Source of the DNA: Bispira polyomma
Taxonomy: Eukaryota
Direction: 5' to 3'
NCBI GenBank assembly: GCA_965649765.1
Contig: OZ287757.1
Coordinates: forward strand, 28,830,001-28,894,000
DNA length: 64,000 nucleotides
Shown one piece after another: positions 50,901 through 64,000 of this stretch (position 1 is the first letter of the stretch; every line of letters starts with the position of its first letter). The notes under the pieces are model-generated. The model searched no databases, was not told the origin of the DNA, and saw nothing but the letters and a program-made list of their open reading frames with translations. The translations under genes and the position numbers were made by a program.

Positions 50901-53900
50901 TCTGTCGACAGAATTTCAAATCTTGTCAATTTGGAGTTTCTGTCACGACAATATATATATATACATAATGATACCCTAATGTTTATGATTTGTTTCTTTT
51001 CAGAAAGAAAAACAGTAGTTAAGGAAACGCAACCAAAAGAAGAAAGAATAGAAAACGACTAAATATAAAGACAACTACACAGCTTTAAACAACCACAGCA
51101 AAAAAAATATATATTTTTGCAAAAAAAAAAAAAGAAAAATTAAAAAAAAACTAAAAAAAAACGAAACCCAAGAATATAAGGCCAAACAAACAAATTGCTT
51201 GAAGTTTCTGGGATATGTGCAATATAAAGGTCGTGTTGATGACTGAACTCAGAAGTTCGACACTCCATGAGTTACCGTGATCTCCATTTGGGTACTGCAA
51301 GCAGTTACACAAGTACAGATGGATAAATCCGAGAAATATACATGTGTACCAGCAATATGGAGAACAGGCTTTATGGGTTGCTTTGCAGATAGTAAAAAAA
51401 AATCCTCAACTAAATATCAAACAAAAAATTGTCCAAAGTCACAGCTGAGGTAATATTGCCATGAGTTAAATGAGTGACTACCAACAAGCCTGTAAAATTA
51501 CTATTGTCTTGTGTGACGTAAAGAAATAATCTAAATCTATATTCAGATTTACACATAAATGAGCATGTATCTAGGTACTTTGTAAGTACTGTACATAGAA
51601 CACAGAAAAGATATACATGTACATATATCTACCTAGAACCAACATATGTGTTCAGATGAAAGAATGTGGTAACTCATATATGGAATAATATACCTGGTAT
51701 ACATCTACGGAGTCAATTAGATATATGATAAAATACTGTCTGTATGCGAGTGAGGGAGTTTTGTATGCTGATGATACCAGACTATATGAAAAGAGTATAT
51801 TATTAGTGACTTATAATAAGATCTTCTTTAGTCATCTACCAACAAGAGACATACCTATAAATGCACACATAGATAATGTGCCTTACTACAAGAGATTCTT
51901 TGAGGTGCAGCAAGGTTAATTGTAGAAGAGAGCATCATTTTATGTGTGTAGTGAGAGACTCCATTGTTCTGCCTATGAACAATGTACCCGGAATGGACTA
52001 AAAGTGACTTTTATGCTGAGTAACCGAGTAAGTGACTTTATAAACCCTGATGATACCTGTGTGTGTGTTGCTTCAATGTGGGTTCTAGTGCAGGAGCATC
52101 CCCAAAACATATAAACACATCATGCACATGTGTAAAAGTGACTATTATCCCGAGTAATTGACTTTTATAAACCCTGATGATTCCTGTGTGTGTGATGCTT
52201 CAATGTGGGCTCTAGTGCAGGAGCACCCACAAAATATATAAACACCAATCATGCACATGTATAAAAGTGACTTTTATCCCGAGTAATTGACTTTTATAAA
52301 CCCTGATGATACCTGTGTGTGTGATGCCTCAATGTGGGTTCTAGTGCAGGAGCACCCACAAAATATATAAACACATCATGCACATGTGTAAAAGTGACTT
52401 TTATCCTGAGTAATTGACTTTATAAACCCTGATGATACATGTGTGTGTGATAGTTGAATGTGGGTTCTAGTGCAGGAGCATCCACAAAATATATACACCA
52501 ATCATGCACATGTGTTAAGGTGACTTATGCCCCCGCCCCCCCCCCCCCCCCACCCCCGAAGTAAAAAAATGCAATAAAACATCTCTAGTGCATTTTTACT
52601 GATGGCTTACTAGTTGGCCATAAAAAACTATAAAAACTGCATGTGCACAAATATTGCATGTGTACTGACAATAGTATACACGGCAGTTGACTAATTATCC
52701 CGATCTCTAAAAGATTAGGAGGTGCAATGCATATGGATTTATAATGTATATATGTTAGCAGTGTGGAGTTGTTTTTTAGTTGAAGTTTTAGAATGTGACA
52801 ACTAATTATGCATTCTTTGATATTGAACATTCAGATTTTGTAACAACTAATTATGCACGTTCATTGGAGTTGAATGTTGTAAATGTGTAACAGTAAATTA
52901 TACAAGTTCGTAGGAATTGAATGTTATGTAATTGTGTAACAGCAACACATACAAGTTCATTCAAGTTGCATCTCTTGTAATTGTGCAAAATCTGATGAAT
53001 TGTTTATAGTTGCACTCTGTTCTAACAACCAATGTATTCCATACTCAGTTACATACCTATAAGATAGTGCAACTACTAGTGCACTATTGGTGTTGAAATT
53101 TTAGGTATTGGAATGTTTACATGTTCTGAATGTCACTTGATGCATTAATGTATGTTATTTTCTTTCTTTTTCTTTACTTTTTTCATTAATAGGTTAAGTT
53201 CCTTATATCATTTTTCTCCCTTTTTTATATACATTTTTTATAATTTATCTAAGTATATATTTGTACATTTTACCCCTGTTTCTCTGACCTTGTGATGTTA
53301 CATGTAAGTACCCAGGCAAGTAAACTGAATATGTTCTCTTTTTTTCTGTGATAGTGCCAATTTCATTGTGAATATAGAATTAATGTGTTAAAAACTAGTT
53401 CAGACCTTTTACATTGTGATATTTTCCTAAAAAGTTTGTTATTTTTGATGTCATATACAATTTTGGTCTAATAAATTAGATTTCTTCAGTCAAATGTTGT
53501 TGTTTTTTTCCTATGAATTAGCTTGTTGAATAACTTTGTTATACCATTCCTTTATATGGTATATAACCAAACTTGCCATCAACTTAGTGAATGTTTACAA
53601 CTTTAAAGTTTGATGGTTGGACATAAATGTTTGAACAATTGCCTTCAAGTTTTGTAAAATGTTTGTCAGACAAACTTTAGCATTATAACCGCAAGAGAGG
53701 CAAGAGACTCTCCGTCACTTCGGTCAGACCAATCAGAAAGGCGGGTTTCAGCGCATTCTCTACTGCAGCTCCACAGTTATGGAACAGTCTCCCAGTCGAC
53801 CTCAGATCAGTTGACACACTTATCGGTTTTAGGAAAAAGCTTAAAACCTATCTTTTTAATCTTGCCTACCCACCTTAGTTTCCCTCGTGCATGCTCCCAC

Positions 53901-56606
53901 TTCCTTCCTTACGACTTTGCAATGTCCATGGACTTAATGATTGGACCAATGATTATGCTGTTGTGGTTTAGAAGATGCCTAGCATCAATAAAGCATGTTA
54001 AAAATTTATAATAATAATAATATGGATGACTTAGTCTATACACCAATCCTTGCTTAATCCTTTTGAGCCTGATGTTGTCAGCCTGATGTTGCCAACAGTG
54101 TTTCTTATGACCCGTTCTTAAGCCACTTACGAGTCGTGCTCACCAACTAACCAAGTGTGAATAACGCCAAGACCGGCCACATATATGGTAAACTTAGCTT
54201 GTGAGTAGAAAGCTCCCAGAGTACTCCCAATCTGTGACCCTGACGGAGAATACTAGAAAAATGGCTGCCAGTAAATATGGTTAAAGAGATATGCTTGGTT
54301 TTATTATTTATTTTATTATTTATATCAAATATTATTAACATAATTATCCCTTATAATTTATTTAAATAAAACAGGTTGAACTTTTTATTTATATGTGTCA
54401 CATTTTTACTTTATAAATATTAACACCATGTGGATATAGAGAAATTCACGCCTTGTGTGTTTACAAACTCAAGAACGTTTACTGTTGGTGTTTACGAGCT
54501 CACTAGTGGTGTTTACCAAACTCACAAGGGTTGTCGAACATACCATAACTCCCTTAACCTGTTGGTACTTACAAAATATTATTCTATTTTCCTTCAGGTC
54601 CTCGCAACAGGAAATAGTACAGCAGAATCTCCTGTTATCTGCAAGGCCATTATTAAATTCTGGAAGTATTCTGTGGAGTATGTTTTAGTAACTCCAGCTA
54701 TCTGTAACCTTATTACTGAAAAAATTCTTCCTTCAGTTACCGGCGATAGTTTTATTACCGGTCAAATGGGTTAAATTTTGCTACAAACTATTCAAATGTA
54801 TTGGACTAACTTGCAAACACAACTATAATAAAACAAATTCATATTTATCTAGATTACAGAAATGACAGTTTATTGGTTCATTTTTTTACCAATGTACAAC
54901 AAAAAAAGTTCTTGATATAATGATGTGCTATGCGTAATGCACATGTATGCATAGCATACATAATATTTCTATCACACTACATGAATATGTTTATAACTTG
55001 TCTGATCAGCATTTCAAAGTAATTCAACGTAATTGCTTTGAAACTAAAATATAAGATATACACAATACATTGCTTTTTAACAGTTTTATTATTAAAGTAA
55101 CTGTGACCATCACAGAACTAACATAGTGTTTTAACCTGTCACGTAAGCTTGAAAAGCAGTATATTTGCCTTGAAATCAATTTGATATACGAACAATTATA
55201 AGTTTTCTATTTATCACAATATACAATGGACATTTACTGGGCCTAATAAATTGCCCTGTAATTGCCAATGAGGTTAAACATGCCAGGAATGATGTTTATC
55301 AAAGGTGTTCAACTTTATCTCAACAAATTGCTTAAAATATACCGTGGTGTATCTTTGTATACACTTTGATTACTTTTCAGTTTAAAGGTAGAAACCCACT
55401 GGACCGCATCCGGATCAGGATCCGTATAATTATCCTAAAACAGATATTATCTGTTTCCTTCTTACACTGGACAGAAAATGCGGCCCAAATCATGTGAAAT
55501 TTTCAAGCTACTTTGCAGGTGATTGGTAAGGCTATGGATCCGTCAAAAATTATAAATCAAATCCGTGTAAATATTATATGGACCGGATCGTCGGACCTGG
55601 ATTCTGTGTCAATGTTTACCCTGTTTTATTTGTGTCAAAATTATACGTATCTACGATCCAGATGCATCCTGTATGAATGGACCTTAACGTCTTTTTTCAA
55701 CAACTTTTTTTGATATATTGACAAGCAGTTCATTTGGTGGAGGAAAGCATTATATGGTATTTCTTCATGATTTTCTGCATTGCAGATCTGCTGCGTATAT
55801 TTCTACATACAAATGTACAGTGATAATTGCATATTTGAGCTCCTGGCTGTAAGCGCAATTAAAATCACAAGCGACAAATTGTCTTGTATTTTGCATTTTT
55901 AACGGACCTTATTGAAACGAGGCATCTTCTAAAGTGCAACAGTAGAATCAATCAACCAATCGAACCAATCAAAAAATCTTAACCAGGTCGTAAGGAAGCA
56001 TGTGAGGTGTAGATGCAGTATGGATGGAGTGTGGATATAAAGAGATATGTTTTAAATTTTCTTCTAACCAGAAAGTGTTTTCTAGTTTTCTAGTGATCTA
56101 AGCTCAACTGGGAGTCTATTGCATAACATAGGGGCAGCGATGGAGAAAACTCAAAATCCAGCCCTCTAGGTTATCTTTAATTTAAAAGGAACTCTTATTT
56201 ATATATTATGTTAGTTACTTTAGTTTATTAAGCTTAAAAATGAGTTAAAGACCTTTGATAAATGTGGTCTCTGAAGCACCTGCTACTTGCAAACTAATAG
56301 ATATGTTGCTTAGTTTAATGATATACGATATGACATATGAAAAAAAATACAATGTTTAAAGTGGAAAGTAATAATACTGAAGTTTTACGCTCAACAGTAG
56401 AACTAAAGAAAAAAAAAAAAAATTAAAATAAAACAAAGTCAGCTAGATCTCACCAAGAAACTGAACTTTTCAAACTTTAACATTTTACATACACATAAGC
56501 CAGTTGAGAGTCTGTATGAAAAGCCGGCAGGCTGTGGTGGTGTGTGTATTAATGAACCCCCAGATCTCCCTAGAACCTGTCACATGGCAATTACTTTCTT
56601 TAATAT
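44979..56606 (+). repeat. Right arm of ~11.5-kb inverted duplication (continuous with the downstream host DNA)
   Basis: Reverse complement of 28673-40201. Confidence 0.97.
47236..48746 (+). pseudogene. SH3-domain gene fragment (intersectin SH3E-like, degenerate), exons 47236-47299 and 48529-48757
   Basis: Phase-1 join gives ...ARSVEQVVANCNFVGEQEGDLTFTKGNLINVLNKDCPNWWKGELIGAQSLFPPSMV; TAA 11 nt before a GTAAGT donor; ALYDY and PxxY motifs degenerate. Confidence 0.6.
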
Positions 56607-59256
56607 CAAGTGATACTGCTCCCTTGGTAGGAAACAGGTTTCACACAAACTACATGTATAAATAACGTTGATAAATCTCCATACAGGTTCATCTCACTAC
56701 TATGAGGCTATATGTAGATCTTGGGCCATATTTACAAATGGTCTTAATCTTAACTTTGTCTTAAGGTAGAGATTTTGGTCTTAGTCCCAGTGACATTGAG
56801 AAAAGATGTTTAATCTTAGTATTAATTTTGCTCTTAACAACACAGAGTAACAGTAGGCAGGCTTAAAAATTTTAGACATCAATTTTTAGCTTGAGACCTT
56901 TTTCTGAATACGGCCTCTGTACACAGTACCGCCAATTCCTTATCCATACTTCTATAGTCTGTATAGTTTCAATGTTTGACATCTAATTTCATCACTTAGT
57001 GATATGTTACGAGCCTCCCAACATGTTTGGATAATTAGGTTTCTATGTGTAGCAATGATAGGTGTCTTTTTAGTATAGAAACATAATATTCTGACCCTTT
57101 TTATTGCACAATGCCAGATATAAAGCATACATAGGACATTCATACATGTACACTGTACCTGTATTTTGTTTCAATATTGAGCTTATAATATAGCCTTTGG
57201 TTGTGCACTAAACCATCTCAAAATGTATCCCTAAACACACTTAAAGTTATTTTCTCCACATATATATAACACCACAAATATTTAAAATACATATACATAT
57301 TTAACTGATTTTATTGATTACATGTACATCCTAATTCATACAAATTTTGTGTACTTATTACCCTTATTATTAACTTATTAGATGATCAGAAGGTACTAGG
57401 TTCTATTACCTGTACCGGCCACTTGTTTCATTAATGGGATAACATCCTTGGGCAAGATGTGTACACACGTTTGCCTAGTGGCAGATGACCACTCAAAATG
57501 GCGGCCCTCTGTCACTGGGTCCTATCCCCAGTGGCAGCCTAAAGATCCCTGGGGACGTTGATAAATGGTCATCCTCAAGCCTCTCTCTTCAGTTAGGGGA
57601 ATGACAGTAACCGAGGCAGTTGACTGTTACAGTCAGGAAAGTGTTAATTAGTGCTCTAGCAGATGAAGATAGATATGTGAGCTGAGTATAAATCTGATCA
57701 TAACAATACAATAAACACTAAATGAATTAATAACAAAGAGCCCCTACTTATACAAATATTGAACCTACATAACACTTTATGAGTGGAATATATTTTCACT
57801 TTGAATTATTTGTGCATAATTTAAAACATAATTTTCAAAAAACTGCAGAACAACAAAATCAATAAAATGATTGATTCTGTTTACAGTATTTTTGAACTTG
57901 TTCAATTTCTTGATATAATACTTGTCTGAAGAGTCAAATGAATAATATTCTTAAGATTAAATGTTTTTTATTCTTAATGAGGTTCAATAGAAAATATATG
58001 AGCTTGATAAGTAAAATTAACTCCAGCCAAAACTTAACCTTTTAATGACATTTGATTGAATAACAGGGAACAAAGACAATAATAATATAACACGATCGAC
58101 AGAAATATGTAAAATAATGAAGTTTCATTAAAGGTAACATTTTACCAAAATTTAACAGATCCCGTTGAACGTGGCACTTTACAAATTATGTATGGATGTT
58201 GTTCCAGGGGATGGAACTATACAATTATTTTCTTGTTTTATATAAACACTATACACACAACTGATAATAACAAGTTTAACAATCGAGTGATGTTTTGAAA
58301 AAATAAATTAAACATAACATAAATGTAGGCCGTTATGTAGGTAAAGTAAGGATTGCCATAATTTGCCGCATGTCTCAACTCCGCCAACCCCACTACCCTG
58401 TCCGCCTGACACAAAAACCCTCAGTAGCTTCCTAAAAAATTTCCTTTAGTTATTTTGTTGCATACAATAGAACCTCTATTATCCAAACTGTTTTTTTATC
58501 CAAATAACTGATTTGATTAACTCGTTTTTACTCTCCCAAATTTGTTTTTTTCATATTGTTTCATACAGAAATGCCTCTTTTTTTGATGAACCTTCTATTA
58601 TCCAAACATAATCTTGTTTTTGTCCTGACATGTTTGGATAATGGAAGTTCCACTGTATTTCTTTTATTATTAATGTTTAGACAGACGGCAAATTTCAGCC
58701 GCCTTGCTTACTTCCTTTAAGTGTCAATTGAATAGCTCTCGCTTGGTTAACGGCAGCACCTCTTGTCTGTATTACAGTGAACGATGATCACCTGCTACTC
58801 GAAGTAGTGGTTGAGCTCTTATAGATGTGTCTAAATACATACATATGTAGGTATAAAGTTATACACATCCACAGAAGAGACACCTCTATTATCTGAACTA
58901 CAGTAGAATCTCCATTATCAGAACATGTTGCAAAGAGCCTGATTTTGTTCATCAGATCATCCGAAGGTTCATCGAATAGAAGAATTATTTTATCATATAG
59001 GAAAACCATATTATATAGGAAAACAAATTTGAGGAGAGTGGAAAAAAGTTCATTAAAAAATATATTTGGTTAACAAAAGTTCAGATAATAGAGCATTCGG
59101 CTGCATTCAATTTTACAAACTCATTTTCACCCTCAAAAATTTATGCTATTCTATATTTCACTACTTAGCTTCTATATTATCCAACCAAAAATCTTGTTCT
59201 CCAATCTTATGTTCAGATAACAGACGTTTTACTGCATACATTCTACTCTACATTTG

Positions 59257-62200
59257 CTAGAGTTGCGAATCTTGTTGTTGGTCGTCCTTTTTCACCGTGG
59301 AGTGTTCTAGCATACAGGATGCCGACTTGGACTTTTTTAACGCGAGCACTTGTTTGATCCCTTCTCTAACTCCTGTGTAATAATATTTGTCTCCACTACA
59401 CGGACTGTTGTCTTTCTCTCTCTTGTGTTTGTGGTGTTTTTTGGCCTTCTTTTTCCACCGTGTACTGTGACGACTGTCCGAGCTCGTTAGAGACAGTTTG
59501 CTGTTGCTACTGCCCATTGGAGTCGTCTGCATGATAATCTCCTTGACCGTGTTGATATCCTCCTCGAAGTTCTCCCGTTTGCTGACGATCTCGCGGTTGA
59601 TGCCGATCTTATTAAGTCTCTCGGCAGCGACGCTCTCCATGGTGCGCCTCATGACTGGGTAGTGATCCAGTACAGCGTTAAAGTGATCCACAGCCAGTGA
59701 GTAGAGATAGCAATAGGTCTCCGCCCTCACACTGGCCACACACTTAGCATTAGTGAGCAAACAGATTTCTGCAAACACAAAATGTACAGTACTTGTGTTA
59801 TTTGTGATACAATGTACTGTGGGATTATCCACATTAGCTTGGAAGCAGAGGGATCTTTTTATTTGAAAAATAGTGTTTATAAAATACGTTTTGTTTAATT
59901 TCATGTTAGGTCCAATGGTGGAAGAAATAGATGCTAAAGCACTATAAAATGAAATAAAATATATATGACATTTGTTATATATAATCTAGGGTCATTTGAA
60001 ATGCTCATGGGTAGCTACTATGGGCGCCGAGGCTTGCTTGAGGATGACCATCGTCCCCAAGTATTTTTAATCTGCCACTGGAGATAGTACTTAGTGACAG
60101 AGGACCGCCATTTAAGGTGGTCATATGATCCACTAGGAAAACTTGTCTTCACATCTTGCCCAAGGATGTTATCCCACCAAATGAAACTAGCGGTCGGTAC
60201 CGGGAATAGAATTCGGGACCTTCTGATTATCAGGCCAATTCACTAATCACTAGACCAAGGGAGATCACGTAAATCACTATAAACCACCGACCTACGGCAA
60301 CTTTCCCACAAGAAGCAACAAACGGAATTCGAACCAACAATGGTGAGAGAACAGTGATTGTGAAGCAGGGCCCTTCTAGCCACTAGTCTATAGCGGCCCC
60401 TCATAAAACATAAGTCAGTATTATCTTCAGTTAACTCAAGAAATAGTAAAATATACAAAACACTAAATACATGGAAATTTGATGAAGACACACTGGGCGA
60501 TGTTACCCATGGGCAAACCATTAGTAATTAAGCTGAGTTGGATCTTTTTGGATAAGTTTGTACCCGTTTGTACCCGTGGACAACGTACTTTATACAAACT
60601 TGTCTTCACCAATGTGTATAAATGGCAAATTGGTGTTAGCCTCTGCAGCATGGCTCCCTTGCTTATTAAGTGGAAGAACCCAACCTGGGGGTGTAAACTG
60701 TAAAGTTAGATGATACCTCACTAGGGGGTAATCTTAGACTATAGACCTACACACATTTACGTACATTTTTATATTTACATTTCAGTCGGTACATAAAGTA
60801 GTAGTAATATATGGAATACATGCCTCCAAAGTAAGATCCATCAGACAAAATAGTTGCCACTTCTCCACTTTTGGTAACAATATCTACAATGCCTTCCTGA
60901 ATAAAGAACATCTTGGTTCCTCTCGCACCTTCTTTAATGACATAGTCACCAGGTTGAAAGACCTAGAATTGATACACATCAAAAAGTCAACAGAACTATA
61001 TCTCAAGTGCCTGCATTCTCCAAGGAAACTCAAGCTCTGAATCTTAGACTCAACTTAGCTGAAGGTTATGTGGAATTGCTGTATGTGGACAGAAGCTACA
61101 AGTGACCACTCATTTTAATAGAGCTTCCAGTGCTAAATTCAAATATATAGTCAGACTTTACCTTACACCTGACTATAGCCGGTGGATATAGGGAGACCTT
61201 ATGAGTTGAGGTTGGGCCTATGTTAAGCTAAGAGATCTTTGGAGAATATGTTTAAAGTTCTACATAGTCTTGAATAAATACTATGGTCATCAAGGTCAAG
61301 TCTTAGGCAATCTTAGGTGCATCTCTCTTCTCACATTTATAAAGAATACTCATATTTGGAAATTTGTCACATAATTTGTGAATCATAAATTAATTTAGCA
61401 CAATAAAAAACAATGGTTACAAATATTTATGTATTTATATTATTCCCAGGTACTACAAGACTTCTATGATGCATTCATTTGAGTTAAATCTGAAATTTTT
61501 TAAAGGATCCTGGGTTATTTTTTTTTATTTTTTTATTATTGTTCTTCTTGGTTTGCATATGTACAGGTCAGATACTGGGTTATTGTAAACTACAAAATCT
61601 TGGTAAATGGTTTACATCTTATACTGTTCAAGTTAAAATATTCACTGGCCAATTAATTATACGTGCACATGCTCTGGCAGCAGCGACGATATTTTTGTCA
61701 ACTTAATGTGGGTTAGGGGAATGACAGGTACTGCTGGTGGTTGGCAATACTTGGGCAATCAAGATAAGATTAATTAGAGCTTTAAATACCAGAAAAAGGT
61801 GTATAAATTTGTAAATTTCAATATGAAGACAAAGTATGTTGAAAAATCAACTTTTAGTAATTTCCAGTAACAACAAAAAAATTCACTAAAACTTACATTG
61901 GATCTAACGAAGCCCCTATTAAGACATTAACATATTTTTTTTCTTATTACATGTAATAAGTCATGCTCACAAGATAATTTTGTAAGCACGACTTATTTTC
62001 TCATGATCACGAAATCATTTCGTGATCACAAGATGATTTGGTGCTCACGACCTAATTAAATTATCTGGTGAGCCTGAGATGATCTTGTGATCACCAGATG
62101 ATGTTGTGGGCAAGACCTTTTTTTTTGCGATCATGAAATAAATCCGTAATCACACGATGATTTGGTGCTTACCACCTAATTTAATTATCTGGTGAGCATA

Positions 62201-63824
62201 AGATGATTTGGTGCTCACTGCTTAATAAAATTAGCTAGTGGGCATGAGATGATGTTGTTTGCTCCAGTATGGGTTTCTGCCTCATTTAGGGTTTTCATTG
62301 TGCAAGTGTTACAGTCGTTCATACAACACTTCATTATATGTTGTGTTCACAAGATTATGTGCTGAGCATGACTTCATATTGTGATCACAACATATTAAGT
62401 GGTGAGTAAGACTTCATCTTATGATTACGACTTAATAAAATAAAAAAAATATTGATGTCCTAAAGGGGGCTCCGTAGGATCTTTACATTGAACTATTATA
62501 AAAACTTGTAAGACTAACACAGTCTCTTCTGGGGTTTGAATGCAAATAATAATACACATTTCTGGAAAAAAGAGAAGCCATTACAATTTGGAGCAAGGGA
62601 GATTTACAGAGAAAAAGAAAGATTTTTGCTGTCGATAAAAAGAACCAGTGATATTTCACAGCGCAGACAAAGCTATGCTTAGTGAATTTCAAGTATGGCA
62701 TTTTGCCCCCAAAAGGCCATATTTGATGCCAGCTAATATTCTGTAATTTAGTTTATACTCTCAGCTTTCATTATGAATATCAGGTTTTACCGTAACGGGA
62801 GAATATTATGCCTTTCGTGTAAATTTTCACAATATATTTTCGATCAACGTTTTAGAAGGAACATTTAACTAATGTAAATAGTTTAATATCCTTACATCTA
62901 TGTAATTTGTATCTGCAAATATTATAATTAAATTTGCTTTTAAAATTATTGCCACCCAAAACCTCAGATTGTTGAGAAATTAATTGAATCAAGTTATTTT
63001 AATCAAGGTATGACAATACTATAATAGATAGATCAAGATGATGTACCAGTAATTTCTATAATTGTCTTGTATATGAACTTTTTGAGTAACAAATTAACTA
63101 TTTGATTTTTTACAATTTAATTTTTGAAATAAACTAACTCTACAGTAAACATTTCTGTGAATATAAATCAAAAGGCTTAGCTTGAATTACAAATTTTATA
63201 TTTCCTAGACTTTTGTTCCAGTTTCTTTTATGTGAAATATAAACAAATAGTTCTCCTGTTAAAAGCTCATCAGCAAAACGTAACTAAAATTAATTTCTTG
63301 TGAAATACAGACATATTTTTTTTTAATTTACAAAAATCATGAAGATTTGTTTTTCTAGAATAATTATGGTTTTCATTTATCAAGACATTTTTTACAATGA
63401 CCAATTTTAGACTTTAGATCTAAAGTTTAATATTTCCTGCATCTTTTATTTTATAATAACAATAATCTTTGGGTGGTAGATTACTGTATTTGGGTGTTAC
63501 CGGATGCCATGTTGGTATTGGAAAAGTAAGTATGGAAACATTACTTAAGTCTGAAGACCTATAATAGTCTATAACCTAGTATTTCAACTATTGTTTTGGT
63601 GCCTAACATTTTGTTAATTTTTCTCTATTTGGAAAATTTTACCATTTGTTTTCAAATTCTTTGAATTTCATACTGGCAAAGATTTAGCATCTTTCAAAGT
63701 CTGACCTAAGAAGACTTACCTCATGTTGTAGTTTGGTGACAACCTCAGATACAAAGTTGGGATCTGCATGTGTGAAAAAGGGCACAGAAGCCACCAGTGC
63801 TCGGCAGTTGTAGTTCACTCTTTC
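59257..63824 (-). CDS. HCN: HCN (Ih) hyperpolarization-activated cyclic-nucleotide-gated channel, last three coding exons (63720-63824, 60824-60962, 59257-59768)
   Basis: [32 protein letters not shown]|[24 protein letters not shown]...LSDGSYFG|[20 protein letters not shown]...[20 protein letters not shown]: C-linker plus CNBD of the HCN family. Confidence 0.95.
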
Positions 63825-64000
63825 CTGCAGAAAAATACCCAAACAAAGGTACTGTAGAAATGAACATTTTGGCTGGAACAACATTTCCCTGATTAATTAT
63901 TTCAGTGATCACTGGAATAAATCCTCACTAGTGGCTATTGTTTTAGTCAAAATATGAATACATAATGTTTAAATTTTCTCTGGAAAGTAAATTTCATCTC

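Noticed and set aside
28673-56606. Palindrome as a pure long-read fold-back artefact
   Set aside because: The arms differ by SNPs and repeat units, have a unique spacer, and every junction coincides with a PLE end plus an inverted TSD. Read-level confirmation is still needed.

Overview
AT-rich animal (probably marine invertebrate) genomic DNA, not prokaryotic. Left third: the 3' part of an unidentified multi-exon gene on + (17 predicted exons, 188-24978, one continuous ~666-aa frame). It includes a perfectly triplicated exon and an intronic, decayed Ngaro-like tyrosine-recombinase retrotransposon that carries a nested solo LTR, a predicted Gag-YR splice and a highly structured 3' RNA. Right end: the last three coding exons of an HCN-type channel on -, with an Arg-to-Cys change in the cAMP phosphate-binding cassette. 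The centre is the most interesting part. Two copies of a Neptune-type Penelope-like element (PLE) together define a ~5 kb unit: hammerhead ribozyme - ORF1 - RT/GIY-YIG - a separate two-finger C2H2 zinc-finger gene. They sit exactly at the junctions of an ~11.5 kb inverted duplication (28673-40201 vs 44979-56606). The two PLE 3' ends are attached to the two halves of one 16-bp target-site duplication, now in inverted orientation (25428-25443 / 40753-40768). Each PLE also has a 5'-inverted segment joined to one end of the duplicated arm. This reads as two simultaneous, crossed twin-primed PLE insertions that built a giant palindrome. Coordinates were read by eye; repeat boundaries are approximate.
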